Assembly (NCBI GenBank): GCA_963663165.1 | Contig: OY760175.1 | Location: 3,904,001-3,968,000 of the forward strand | Source of the DNA: an uncultured Desulfospira sp. | GTDB taxonomy: Bacteria > Desulfobacterota > Desulfobacteria > Desulfobacterales > Desulfobacteraceae | Length of the DNA stretch: 64,000 nt | Direction: 5' to 3' | Shown: piece by piece, positions 48,311 through 57,495 of the stretch | Layout: every line of letters begins with the position of its first letter | Numbering within the stretch: position 1 is the first letter of the stretch | Position numbers and translations under genes: made by a program | The notes under the pieces: model-generated | What the model was told of the DNA's origin: nothing | Database searches by the model: none | Seen by the model: the letters and a program-made list of their open reading frames with translations, nothing else

Positions 48311-49615
48311 ATGAGTGTAACATGGGTTGGTGTCATCGGAATTTTAGCCCTTTTAATCCTGCTGGCCATGGGCATGAATATCGGACTTACCATGCTGATT
48401 GTAGGGTTTACAGGATTTGCGTATATTGTTGGCATTCAGGCGGCCATGGGGCTGTTAAAAACCGTTCCATTCACAAATGCCGCAAATTACGCGTTAACCG
48501 TTATCCCTCTCTTTGTTCTGATGGGGCAGTTTGCCTTCCATTCGGGAATGAGTGAGGGATTGTATAATTCAGCCCATAAGTGGCTGGGACGGCTTCCCGG
48601 AGGCCTTGCCTGTGCGACGTTAGGCGCCTGTGCCGCATTTGCAGCGATATGCGGCTCAACGGCGGCTACGGCAGCGACAATGGGAACGGTAGCGCTCCCG
48701 GAGATGAAACGGCACGGATATGATGCCGGCCTTTCCACTGGAAGTATCGCAGCGGGGGGAACCTTAGGGATACTGATTCCGCCCAGTACCGGTTTTATAC
48801 TGTATGGCATTATTGCAGAGCAGTCTATTGGACGTCTTTTTGCTGCCGGGGTTTTTCCAGGTTTGGTGCTTGCCGTATTTTGTATCATCACCGTTGTTAT
48901 CCGGGTTAAAAGAAATCCCAAACTCGCTCCTTATACGGAACGCTTTTCTTTAATTGAAAAAATTAAGTCCTTAAAAGGGGTCATCGGGGTATTGATTCTT
49001 TTTATATTTGTTATCGGCGGTATGTTTTCAGGGCTTTTTACGGCCAATGAAGCCGCCGGAGCCGGTGCTTTTATTGCGTTTATCCTGATGGCTGTCAGTA
49101 AAAAACTGACCTGGAAAAGTTTTTCAATGGCCTTAGAAGATACCATATTGACGACCTCCATGATTTTTTTAATACTGATTGGCGCTTATATATTCGGATA
49201 TTTTCTAACGGTAACCAAAATCCCGGTAACCCTGGCCGCTTTTGTTGAAGGTCTCAATGTAAGCAGATATGTAATTTTGTTATTTGTCATTATTGTATAT
49301 ACGGTCCTTGGCTGTATTATGGACTCTCTTGCCATGGTGATGCTGACCGTTCCCATTTTTCTTCCGATTCTTGTCGGCCTTGATTTTGATCCAGTCTGGT
49401 TCGGTGTTGTTGCCATTATGGTTATGGAGCAGGGGCTTATTACGCCGCCAGTGGGTTTAAATGTTTATATTATGTCAGGGGTGGCAAAAGGGGTGCCGTT
49501 GACGGTTATCTTCAAAGGGGTGGCGCCTTTTATTTTGGCCATACTAAGTGCTATTGTGGTGATGATACTTTTTCCGCAAATCGCACTGTTTCTTCCGAAT
49601 CTGCTTTATAATTAG
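48311..49615 (+). CDS. dctM: TRAP large permease
   Basis: VIPLFVLMG, GGTLGILIPPS, ITPPVGLN. Confidence 0.93.
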   Translation: MSVTWVGVIGILALLILLAMGMNIGLTMLIVGFTGFAYIVGIQAAMGLLKTVPFTNAANYALTVIPLFVLMGQFAFHSGMSEGLYNSAHKWLGRLPGGLACATLGACAAFAAICGSTAATAATMGTVALPEMKRHGYDAGLSTGSIAAGGTLGILIPPSTGFILYGIIAEQSIGRLFAAGVFPGLVLAVFCIITVVIRVKRNPKLAPYTERFSLIEKIKSLKGVIGVLILFIFVIGGMFSGLFTANEAAGAGAFIAFILMAVSKKLTWKSFSMALEDTILTTSMIFLILIGAYIFGYFLTVTKIPVTLAAFVEGLNVSRYVILLFVIIVYTVLGCIMDSLAMVMLTVPIFLPILVGLDFDPVWFGVVAIMVMEQGLITPPVGLNVYIMSGVAKGVPLTVIFKGVAPFILAILSAIVVMILFPQIALFLPNLLYN

Positions 49616-49767
49616 ACCACAATATTGATATAAAAGAGTTATCTTGAACCAAAATTTTTTACAGCACCGGGCGCGATGCTTCCCTTCGGCCCCAAAAGGC
49701 GACCCTGGGCAAAAATGCCGGGTCAAACCCTATAACGACGACACCATAATTTCAGGAGTGTAACACC

Positions 49768-51246
49768 ATGCGTTCTTCTTTTCCCATATTGACCGCAGAT
49801 GAAGCGGCCGCATTTGTCAATGATCAGGATACGGTCTCCTTCTCAGGATTCGGACAGGCCGGGGAGGCCAAGGCGGTTCCCCTGGCCCTGGCAAGGCGGG
49901 CCCAGGAGCTTCATGGAAAGGGACTGCCCTTTGCCATGCGCATACTGACCGGGGCATCCTCAGGAAGGGTCATTGATGAGGTGCTGGCCGAGGTGAATGC
50001 GGTCTGCTGGCGGGCACCCTACCAGTCCGGTAAGGCCCTGCGCAACCAGATTAACAGCCAGAAGGTGGAGTATGTGGACATGCACCTGTCCCATGTTCCC
50101 CAGACCATGATATCCGGTTTTCTGGGCAGGGTAAATTTTGCCATTGTGGAGGCCAGTGAAATCACCCCTGACGGCAGGGTTTTCCTGACCACGGGCATTG
50201 GCGGCAGCCCCGCCTTTCTCAAATATGCCGATAAGGTGATCATTGAGATCAACACCAAACAGTCCAGCCGGTTAAGGGAATTTTCCGATATTCTGGTCAT
50301 GCCCAAGCCGCCCCACAGGGACCCCATCTCCATACTCAGCCCCCTGACCCGGATCGGCGTGCCCTATGCCAGTGTGGACCCCAAAAAAGTGGTGGCAGTT
50401 GTGGAAAACGATCAGCCGGACAGCTCCGTCTCCTTTGCCCCCCCCAATGAGGCTGGACTGAAAATCGCCGAACACCTGGTCCAGTTTCTGGCTGAAGAGC
50501 GCCAAAAAGGGCGTATTCCCCCCAATTTTCTGCCCCTCCAGTCCGGGGTGGGCAATGTGGCCAACGGGGTAATGGCGGCGTTGGGAACCCATCCGGATAT
50601 CCCGCCCTTTACCATGTATTCGGAAGTGTATCAGGACTCCTTAGTGGACCTGATGGAAAACGGGCGGCTGACCGGTGCCAGTGCCACGGCCCTGACCCTG
50701 ACCCCTGCCGCCCTTAAACGGATCGTGGGCAATATGGATTTCTTCAGCGATAAAATCGTGCTGCGCCCCCAGGAGATCTCCAATCATCCCGGTATCATCC
50801 GCAGGCTCGGGGTGATTGCCATGAACACCGCCATAGAAGCGGATATCTACGGCAACGTGAACTCCTCCCATATTTACGGTATGGACATCATGAACGGCAT
50901 CGGCGGGAGCGGCGAATTCACCCGGAACAGCTACCTGTCGATTTTCATGACCCCGTCCATCGCCAAACAGGGCAAAGTTTCCGCCATTGTTCCCATGTGC
51001 CCCCACATTGACAACAATGAACATTCGGTCCAGGTCCTGGTCACGGAACAGGGATTGGCGGATTTAAGAGGGCTTGGCCCCATGCAGCGGGCTCATAAGA
51101 TCATCGAAAACTGCGCCCACCCCATGTATAAGGACTATTTGAATAAATATATTGAAACGGCACGGCCGGGCCATATCCGGCACAACCTGTCCAGATGTTT
51201 TGAGCTGCACGAAAACCTGATGAATACGGGGCAGATGTTGCCATAA
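49768..51246 (+). CDS. Acetyl-CoA hydrolase/succinate:acetate CoA-transferase family
   Basis: FSGF, DMHLSH, LQSGVGNVAN, YSEVYQD, EISNHP, NGIGGSGEF, VTEQGLADLRGL. Confidence 0.92.
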   Translation: MRSSFPILTADEAAAFVNDQDTVSFSGFGQAGEAKAVPLALARRAQELHGKGLPFAMRILTGASSGRVIDEVLAEVNAVCWRAPYQSGKALRNQINSQKVEYVDMHLSHVPQTMISGFLGRVNFAIVEASEITPDGRVFLTTGIGGSPAFLKYADKVIIEINTKQSSRLREFSDILVMPKPPHRDPISILSPLTRIGVPYASVDPKKVVAVVENDQPDSSVSFAPPNEAGLKIAEHLVQFLAEERQKGRIPPNFLPLQSGVGNVANGVMAALGTHPDIPPFTMYSEVYQDSLVDLMENGRLTGASATALTLTPAALKRIVGNMDFFSDKIVLRPQEISNHPGIIRRLGVIAMNTAIEADIYGNVNSSHIYGMDIMNGIGGSGEFTRNSYLSIFMTPSIAKQGKVSAIVPMCPHIDNNEHSVQVLVTEQGLADLRGLGPMQRAHKIIENCAHPMYKDYLNKYIETARPGHIRHNLSRCFELHENLMNTGQMLP

Positions 51247-51250
51247 AAGC

Positions 51251-51333
51251 GGAGACCGGAAACTGGAGACGGGAGACCGGAAGCCCCTTTCGGGTGTACG
51301 TGACATCCGGTCTCCTTTCCTCCCGTTTCCTTT
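51251..51333. repeat. GGAGACC-type heptamer hairpin array
   Basis: GGAGACC GGAAACT GGAGACG GGAGACC GGAAGCC ... CCGGTCT CCTTTCC TCCCGTT. Confidence 0.72.
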
Positions 51334-51449
51334 CTTTTAATATTTCCTTGCATCCAAAAATTTACAGCGATATACAGTAGAAAAGCCGATATTAGATAAC
51401 ATTATCCTCTTTAGCGACTGCTCCTGTGAAAGCTCCCGGCATTCAAAAT

Positions 51450-51615
51450 TCGCTGCAGGCGAACAGGGGAAAGTACCCCCTTAAAACCGTATGCAGCAGC
51501 GATATAGTGTCTGGCCGGAAACCCGTGTTTGGGCTCTTTAGAAGAGCCGTTCAAACACCATATAAATCATCCCGGATGAACCGGGATAAGGACTATACCT
51601 GTTGTGGTCCGGCCA
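51450..51615 (+). ncRNA. Candidate structured leader RNA upstream of cooS (no family recognised)
   Basis: Several complementary stems read directly from the sequence; see findings. Confidence 0.35.
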
Positions 51616-51662
51616 AGAATTAATATATGCCCGTCCACAGCCGGTATCAAGGAGGGCGTCAC

Positions 51663-53543
51663 ATGGCTTTTACACAAAGCACTTTAAGAAAAAGTGTGGA
51701 TCCGGCAACCCATAAAATGCTGGATCTTGCCGAGAAACAAGGATTTCAGACCGCCTGGGACCGGTATGAAAAAATGCTGCCCCAGTGCGGGTTCGGCGAA
51801 TTAGGGGTCTGCTGCCGGATCTGCAACATGGGGCCGTGCCGGATCTGCCCCTTCGATGATTCAGGGCCGCAAAAGGGGGTTTGCGGGGCCACCGCCGATA
51901 TCATCGTGGCCCGGAACCTGATCCGGATGATCGCGGGCGGGGCCGCAGCCCATTCCGACCATGGCCGGGACCTGGCCCACACCCTGCTGTTAACGGCCCA
52001 GGGCAAGAGCGGCGGTTATGAAATCAAAGATGAAACCAAGCTGGCCGCCCTGGCCAAAGAGTACGGAATTGAAACCCAAAATCGCAAAAAAGAAGAGATC
52101 GCCCTTGACCTGGCCCAAAGCGTTTATGCAGAATTCGGCAAACAGGAAGGGGTTGTGCAGTTCAGCCGCAGAGCCCCTGAAAAGCGGGTGGATTTATGGA
52201 AAAAGGCCAGAATTGATCCGAGGGGCATTGACCGGGAAATCGTTGAAATCATGCACCGGACCCATATCGGGGTGGACAATGATCCGGTCAACCTGATTCT
52301 TCAAGGGCTAAAAGCCGCCATTGCAGACGGATGGGGGGGCTCCACCATTGCCACGGAAATTTCAGACGTGCTGTTCGGCACCCCGTCACCCGTCCGGTCC
52401 AAGGCCAATTTAGGGGTGTTAAAGCATGACCAGGTGAACATCATCGTCCATGGCCATGAACCGGTTTTATCGGAAATGATCGTTGCCGCATCCCGGGATG
52501 AAGCACTGCTGGCCCGGGCCACCGCCGCCGGGGCCAAGGGAATCAATGTGACCGGCATGTGCTGTACGGGCAATGAGATCATCATGCGCCACGGCATCCC
52601 CATTGCCGGCAATTTCCTCCAGCAGGAACTGGCCGTGATCACCGGTGCGGTAGAGGCCATGATCGTTGATGTCCAGTGTATCATGCCGGCCCTGGGCGAC
52701 CTTTGCGAGTGCTTTCATACAAGGTTTATCTCCACCTCCCCCAAAGCCAAATTCCCGGGCGCCGAACACATGGAATTCAACGAAAAAGAGGCCATGGACA
52801 TTGCTAAAAAAATCGTTGGTGCGGCCGTGGACAACTATCCGAATCGAAATCAGGACAAGGTGTTTATCCCTGAAGACCAGACCGAATGCATGGTGGGGTT
52901 CAGCACCGAGGCCATTGTCAATGCCCTTGGCGGCACCCTGGATCCTTTGCTTTCCGCCATCAAATCCGGGGCAATCAAAGGCATTGCCGGGGTGGTGGGG
53001 TGCAACAATCCCAAAATTAAACATGATCACGGGCACGTGGAACTGGTCAAAGAATTAATTAAAAACAATGTCCTGATCGCCACCACCGGCTGTAACGCCA
53101 TTGCCTGCGCCAAGGCAGGGCTCATGCTCCCGGAAGCCGCGGCCCATGCCGGAGACGGGCTCAAGGGCGTGTGTGAGGCCTTGGGGATTCCCCCGGTGCT
53201 TCACATGGGCTCCTGTGTGGATATCAGCCGGATTCTGACCGTGTGCGCGGCCGTGGCCAATGCCCTGGGGGTGGACATCAGTGACCTGCCCGTGGCCGGC
53301 GCGGCCCCGGAATGGATGAGCGAAAAGGCGGTCAGTATCGGGTCTTATGTGGTGGCATCGGGCATTTTCACGGTTCTGGGGACGGTTCCCCAGGTGCTGG
53401 GCAGCCCCCTGGTCACCCAGGTGCTGACCAGTGCGGCCAATGATGTGGTGGGCGCGGCCTTTGCCGTTGAGACCGATCCTGTAAAAGGGGCAAAGCTCAT
53501 GATTGACCATATGGATGCCAAGCGCAAAAACCTTGGGATTTAA
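51663..53543 (+). CDS. cooS: Anaerobic Ni,Fe carbon-monoxide dehydrogenase catalytic subunit
   Basis: QCGFG..GVCCRICNMGPC, HSDH, HGHEP, CCTGNE, DVQC, GCNN, TGC, GSCVD, SEKA (B/C/D-cluster ligands appear intact). Confidence 0.96.
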   Translation: MAFTQSTLRKSVDPATHKMLDLAEKQGFQTAWDRYEKMLPQCGFGELGVCCRICNMGPCRICPFDDSGPQKGVCGATADIIVARNLIRMIAGGAAAHSDHGRDLAHTLLLTAQGKSGGYEIKDETKLAALAKEYGIETQNRKKEEIALDLAQSVYAEFGKQEGVVQFSRRAPEKRVDLWKKARIDPRGIDREIVEIMHRTHIGVDNDPVNLILQGLKAAIADGWGGSTIATEISDVLFGTPSPVRSKANLGVLKHDQVNIIVHGHEPVLSEMIVAASRDEALLARATAAGAKGINVTGMCCTGNEIIMRHGIPIAGNFLQQELAVITGAVEAMIVDVQCIMPALGDLCECFHTRFISTSPKAKFPGAEHMEFNEKEAMDIAKKIVGAAVDNYPNRNQDKVFIPEDQTECMVGFSTEAIVNALGGTLDPLLSAIKSGAIKGIAGVVGCNNPKIKHDHGHVELVKELIKNNVLIATTGCNAIACAKAGLMLPEAAAHAGDGLKGVCEALGIPPVLHMGSCVDISRILTVCAAVANALGVDISDLPVAGAAPEWMSEKAVSIGSYVVASGIFTVLGTVPQVLGSPLVTQVLTSAANDVVGAAFAVETDPVKGAKLMIDHMDAKRKNLGI

Positions 53544-53555
53544 AGGAGGGAGCCC

Positions 53556-54062
53556 ATGAACCAGCCAAAAGAAATCTTTGTCAAAGTTGACCGGTGTCTG
53601 GGGTGCCTGTCCTGCGTGACGGCCTGTGCTGTTGAGCATTCCCAAAGCAAAACCCTTTTCGGGGCCTTGTCCGAATCCCCGGCCCCCCGGTCCAGGGTTT
53701 ACGTGGAATGGGCCGCACCGGATAAAAAAGTGCCCATTGTCTGCCGCCAGTGTGAGGATTCCCCTTGCATGTATGCCTGTATCAGCGGGGCCATTACCCG
53801 GAACGAGGCCGGTGTGGTCATCACCGACCCGGACAAGTGTATCGGGTGCTGGACCTGTGTCATGGTCTGCCCCTACGGGGTCATCGGCCGTGATGTGAAC
53901 GGGGCCAAGGCATACCGGTGCGACCGGTGCCCGGACAGGGAAATGCCGGCCTGTGTGTCGGCCTGTCCCACCGGTGCCCTGGTGTATGACACGGTACCGG
54001 GGTTTTCCAAATCTGTCAGACAGCATGCCTCCCGGGAAATCGCAAAGGCGGAAGGGGAATGA
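53556..54062 (+). CDS. cooF: 4x[4Fe-4S] electron-transfer protein
   Basis: CLGCLSCVTAC, CRQCEDSPC, CIGCWTCVMVCP, CDRC...CVSACP. Confidence 0.9.
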   Translation: MNQPKEIFVKVDRCLGCLSCVTACAVEHSQSKTLFGALSESPAPRSRVYVEWAAPDKKVPIVCRQCEDSPCMYACISGAITRNEAGVVITDPDKCIGCWTCVMVCPYGVIGRDVNGAKAYRCDRCPDREMPACVSACPTGALVYDTVPGFSKSVRQHASREIAKAEGE

Positions 54063-54063
54063 T

Positions 54064-55311
54064 GTGGAATCAAAGACCAAATACTTGATTGTGGGGGCCA
54101 GCGCCGCCGGAATGGCCGCGGCCCATACCATCCGGGCCCATGATCCCACAGGGGGGATCACCCTGGTCACGGATGAGGCAGACCGGCCTTATTTCAGGCC
54201 CCTGATCCCCTATCTGGTGTCAGGGAAAAAACAGGCAAAGGACATGGGCATGAGCGGTTTCGGGCCCTATACCCGGCCGGATATCAAAGTCAGAACAAAC
54301 AGCCGGGTGACCGGGGTTGATCCTGAAAACCGGCAGGCTGTTTTAGCGGATAACACCGACCTTTCCTATGAAAGCATCCTGTTTGCCACGGGAAGCCGCC
54401 CCTATATCCCTCCGGAAATTGAAGGAACCCAAAGCGAGGGGGTGTTTGCTTTAAGGACATTGAAGGATGCCAGGGATATGGCCAAGCGCTCCGAAAAAAC
54501 CCGGCGCGCCGTGCTGCTCGGGGGAGGGCTGCTCAACCTCAAGGCCGCCTTTGCCCTGCTGGAACGCGGCATTAAGGTCACCCTGGTGGTCTTTTCTCCC
54601 CAGGTCCTGTCCCAGCTAATGGATCCTGAGGATGCCCAGCTCATCAGAAACGCCCTGGACCAGGCCGGACTGGAAATCAAAACCGGGGCCGCCGCCAAAG
54701 CCGTTCTTTCAGACAACAGTGGTGTGACCGGTGTGGCCCTGGACGACAATACCCAGATGGCCTGTGAGATGGTCTGTATCGGCAAAGGGGTAAGGCCCAA
54801 TGTGGAATTTCTGGAAGGAACCGGCATTCAACTGGAAAAAGGCATTTTGGCTGACCGCTATACAGCGTGCAGCTGCGCCTATGCCTATGCCGCCGGAGAC
54901 GTGGCCGTTACCCATGACCCGGTAACAGGGGATGCGGTCATGACGGCCCTGTGGACCAATGCCGTTGAAATGGGGCGGTGCGCGGGCCGGAACATGGCAG
55001 GGATTAAAACCGTCTATACCGGCACCTTTGGGATTTTAAACGCCACCCAGGTGGCGGATCTTCCTTTTGTGTCCATGGGAACGGTCCATACGGAAAACCG
55101 GGGCTTAGAGGTCCACTGCAAAGGGACCAAAGATGCCTACCGGAAAATGGTGTTCAGCCCGGACGGCTCCCGGCTCGTGGGAACGGTTCTGGTGGGAGAC
55201 ATCACCAATGCCGGCCTGTACCGCCATGTGATCCAGGAAAGAATGGACACCGAAAGGATCAAACCGCAGATTATTGACCATACCCTTCACTGGGGAAATC
55301 TGATCCGGTGA
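54064..55311 (+). CDS. FAD-dependent NAD(P)H oxidoreductase (FNOR)
   Basis: VGASAAG, FATGS, GGGLL, GVRPN, YAAGDVA; GTG start after GAAGGGG. Confidence 0.88.
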   Translation: MESKTKYLIVGASAAGMAAAHTIRAHDPTGGITLVTDEADRPYFRPLIPYLVSGKKQAKDMGMSGFGPYTRPDIKVRTNSRVTGVDPENRQAVLADNTDLSYESILFATGSRPYIPPEIEGTQSEGVFALRTLKDARDMAKRSEKTRRAVLLGGGLLNLKAAFALLERGIKVTLVVFSPQVLSQLMDPEDAQLIRNALDQAGLEIKTGAAAKAVLSDNSGVTGVALDDNTQMACEMVCIGKGVRPNVEFLEGTGIQLEKGILADRYTACSCAYAYAAGDVAVTHDPVTGDAVMTALWTNAVEMGRCAGRNMAGIKTVYTGTFGILNATQVADLPFVSMGTVHTENRGLEVHCKGTKDAYRKMVFSPDGSRLVGTVLVGDITNAGLYRHVIQERMDTERIKPQIIDHTLHWGNLIR

Positions 55312-55330
55312 ACATGTAACAACCCATTGA

Positions 55331-55368
55331 GGCCATGTCCGCAAATCGTGGGCATGGCCCACTCCTAC
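55331..55368 (-). repeat. GTAG-type REP with a degenerate inverted partner
   Basis: Minus strand GTAGGAGTGGGCCATGCCCACGA (55346-55368) facing GGCCATGTCCGCA. Confidence 0.6.
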
Positions 55369-55625
55369 CCAAAATCGAAACGGGTTTCAAAATCGTTCGA
55401 TTTCGACAATTAAGTAAGGAGTATGCCTTGCCGGGTTATAAATGCGGTTTGCATGGAGACTCTCATTCCATGGCTTGACTTTCAGGCCAAAGATTCTATT
55501 CTATACACTTTCATGCAGCATGGGCTGTGTTTAAAAACCGCCCCCAATGATGCGCATTAAAGGACCCTGCTTATGTATAATGCCAGCCCCCGTAACATCC
55601 TGCCTTTTTCTGCCCGGAGTTAATA

Positions 55626-56696
55626 TTGTCTGTTTTTATAAAATCCTTTGCCTTAAAAGGCCGTGGTGGCCGGGCCTGGCTCCGGTGGGGGCTGTTGGCC
55701 GTTTTTTCCCTGGTCCTGGTCATGGCCATGGAGCTGCTCCATTTGCCTGCCGCTCTTTTATTGGGCCCCATGATCGCTGCCATTGCCCTGGTGGTTACGG
55801 GGGTTGAGTTTACCTTGGCCAACCCCGTGTTTGTCCTGGCCCAGGGCGTGGTGGGCATGATGATTGCCGGCCACCTTCCCCTGAATGTATTTCATGAAAT
55901 TGCAGCGGACTGGGTGATCTTTCTGGCCGGCACCTCATCCACCATTATCACATCGGCTTTTTTGGGATGGCTTCTGGCACGTACCGGTCTGCTGCCCGGT
56001 ACCACTGCCATCTGGGGGTCCTCGCCGGGAGCCGCTTCGGTGATGACCCTGATGTGTGAGGATTACGGGGCAGACATGCGGCTGGTGGCCCTCATGCAAT
56101 ATATGAGAGTAGCCTGCTGTGCCCTGTCCACCACCCTTGCGGCCTGGTGTTTGGGGCATACCGGGGCTGCACTGGACCATACCAGCTGGTGGGAGATCAG
56201 TTCATGGCCGGGCCTTGTTGTTACAGTGGCCTTAACGGTTGTCTCCCCCCTGCTGGGGGTTCGGTTTCGCATTCCGGGCGGGGCATTGGTGCTGCCTTTG
56301 ATTCTGGGCATGGCCATCAAAATAACCGGCGTGATCCCCATTGTGCTGCCCCAATGGCTCCTGGCCCTTTCCTATGCGGTTTTGGGATGGGGAATCGGTT
56401 TCAGGTTCACACCAAAAGTGTTGCGCCACGCGGCCCGTCTTTTCCCCTATATCCTGGGGGCCATCATCATTCTCATCCTGGCCAACGGGGTTTTCGGGAT
56501 TGTTTTGATGCACTGGGCCAAGGTGGATTTTCTGACGGCCTTTTTATCCACAAGCCCCGGCGGTGCGGATTCCGTTGCCATCATTGCTGCGTCCACCAAT
56601 GTAAACCTTCCCTTTGTCATGGCCATGCAGGTCAGCCGCTTTTTAATGGTGCTGCTGGCAGGGCCCCTGCTGGCCCAATGGCTGTCAAAGCCCTAA
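55626..56696 (+). CDS. AbrB-family membrane protein (COG3180)
   Basis: LLGPMI, AQGVVG, duplicated SPGAAS/SPGGAD motifs; TTG start with GGAG RBS. Confidence 0.85.
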   Translation: MSVFIKSFALKGRGGRAWLRWGLLAVFSLVLVMAMELLHLPAALLLGPMIAAIALVVTGVEFTLANPVFVLAQGVVGMMIAGHLPLNVFHEIAADWVIFLAGTSSTIITSAFLGWLLARTGLLPGTTAIWGSSPGAASVMTLMCEDYGADMRLVALMQYMRVACCALSTTLAAWCLGHTGAALDHTSWWEISSWPGLVVTVALTVVSPLLGVRFRIPGGALVLPLILGMAIKITGVIPIVLPQWLLALSYAVLGWGIGFRFTPKVLRHAARLFPYILGAIIILILANGVFGIVLMHWAKVDFLTAFLSTSPGGADSVAIIAASTNVNLPFVMAMQVSRFLMVLLAGPLLAQWLSKP

Positions 56697-57367
56697 CCCA
56701 TGACGGCATGACCGCGGTTTTCCAGGGATTTTCCCCCTGAAATAACGGCATGGCAGCGGCAAGCGGTAGCGACAAAAAAAAGGCCGTCACAGCGGCGGAT
56801 CTGCCCGGCCAGGTCAAACAAGGCTTTGGGCCGGTACCCCCCGACCCCCGGGCCAAGCTGCTCGCTGCGAATGACAACCGGAAGAAACTGCCCGAACCGG
56901 ATGTCTTTTAACAGGGTAAACATGTCCTGTTTTCGTTTTTGGCCGGTTTTGGTACAGATATCGTCAGGTTCGTTACAATTGGGCGGACAGATAAAATCGG
57001 CATGGCTGGCATATACATCGTCGCCTTTCTCCCCCCGCATGGCATTGGGCACCATTGTATCAAAGTCTAGGGAAAGGGGAACCGGCATGACCCGGTCCGG
57101 GCCCAGGGTGTTCAGACACCACAGCCAGGCCAGATGAACCGGTACCGCCGGCACCACCCAGCCCACGCTTGAATCCGGCGCAAGGGTTTCACACAAAAAT
57201 CCTGTGCCATCGCTTTCCACCGTCCGGCACCCGATCTGCCGGGCCGCCTCAAGGCTTGCCCGGTCTAAATCCACCATGGTGATATTCAAAGGCTTGCGGT
57301 GGCGGGCCAGCCATTTGGCGGCCCGGAGCCCGAACTTGCCGGCACCGATGATCCATATATTTTCCAT
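56693..57367 (-). CDS. Rossmann-fold NAD-binding protein with Cys-rich C-terminal domain, function unknown
   Basis: IIGAGKFG; PAVPVHLA; CPPNCNEPDDIC; QLGPGVGGY; TACRCHAV. Confidence 0.7.
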   Translation of the reverse strand: MENIWIIGAGKFGLRAAKWLARHRKPLNITMVDLDRASLEAARQIGCRTVESDGTGFLCETLAPDSSVGWVVPAVPVHLAWLWCLNTLGPDRVMPVPLSLDFDTMVPNAMRGEKGDDVYASHADFICPPNCNEPDDICTKTGQKRKQDMFTLLKDIRFGQFLPVVIRSEQLGPGVGGYRPKALFDLAGQIRRCDGLFFVATACRCHAVISGGKSLENRGHAVMG

Positions 57368-57495
57368 AGCTGCATATACCCCGGTAAGTTGTCCCGTTTT
57401 TTTAATTTTTTACGCCATGCCAAAGGGTATAGCGATTTGCTCACGGATACAACCCTTAAATACCCGGCGTACCATGCTGTTTGGGAGCGGTCTGC

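Noticed and set aside
49660..49740. Possible REP or leader RNA before the CoA transferase
   Set aside because: No GTAG-plus-palindrome unit and no convincing stems by eye
5481..51333. CRISPR array
   Set aside because: The repeats are 7-bp degenerate tandem units or dispersed elements; there is no 25-45-bp repeat with unique spacers and no cas gene
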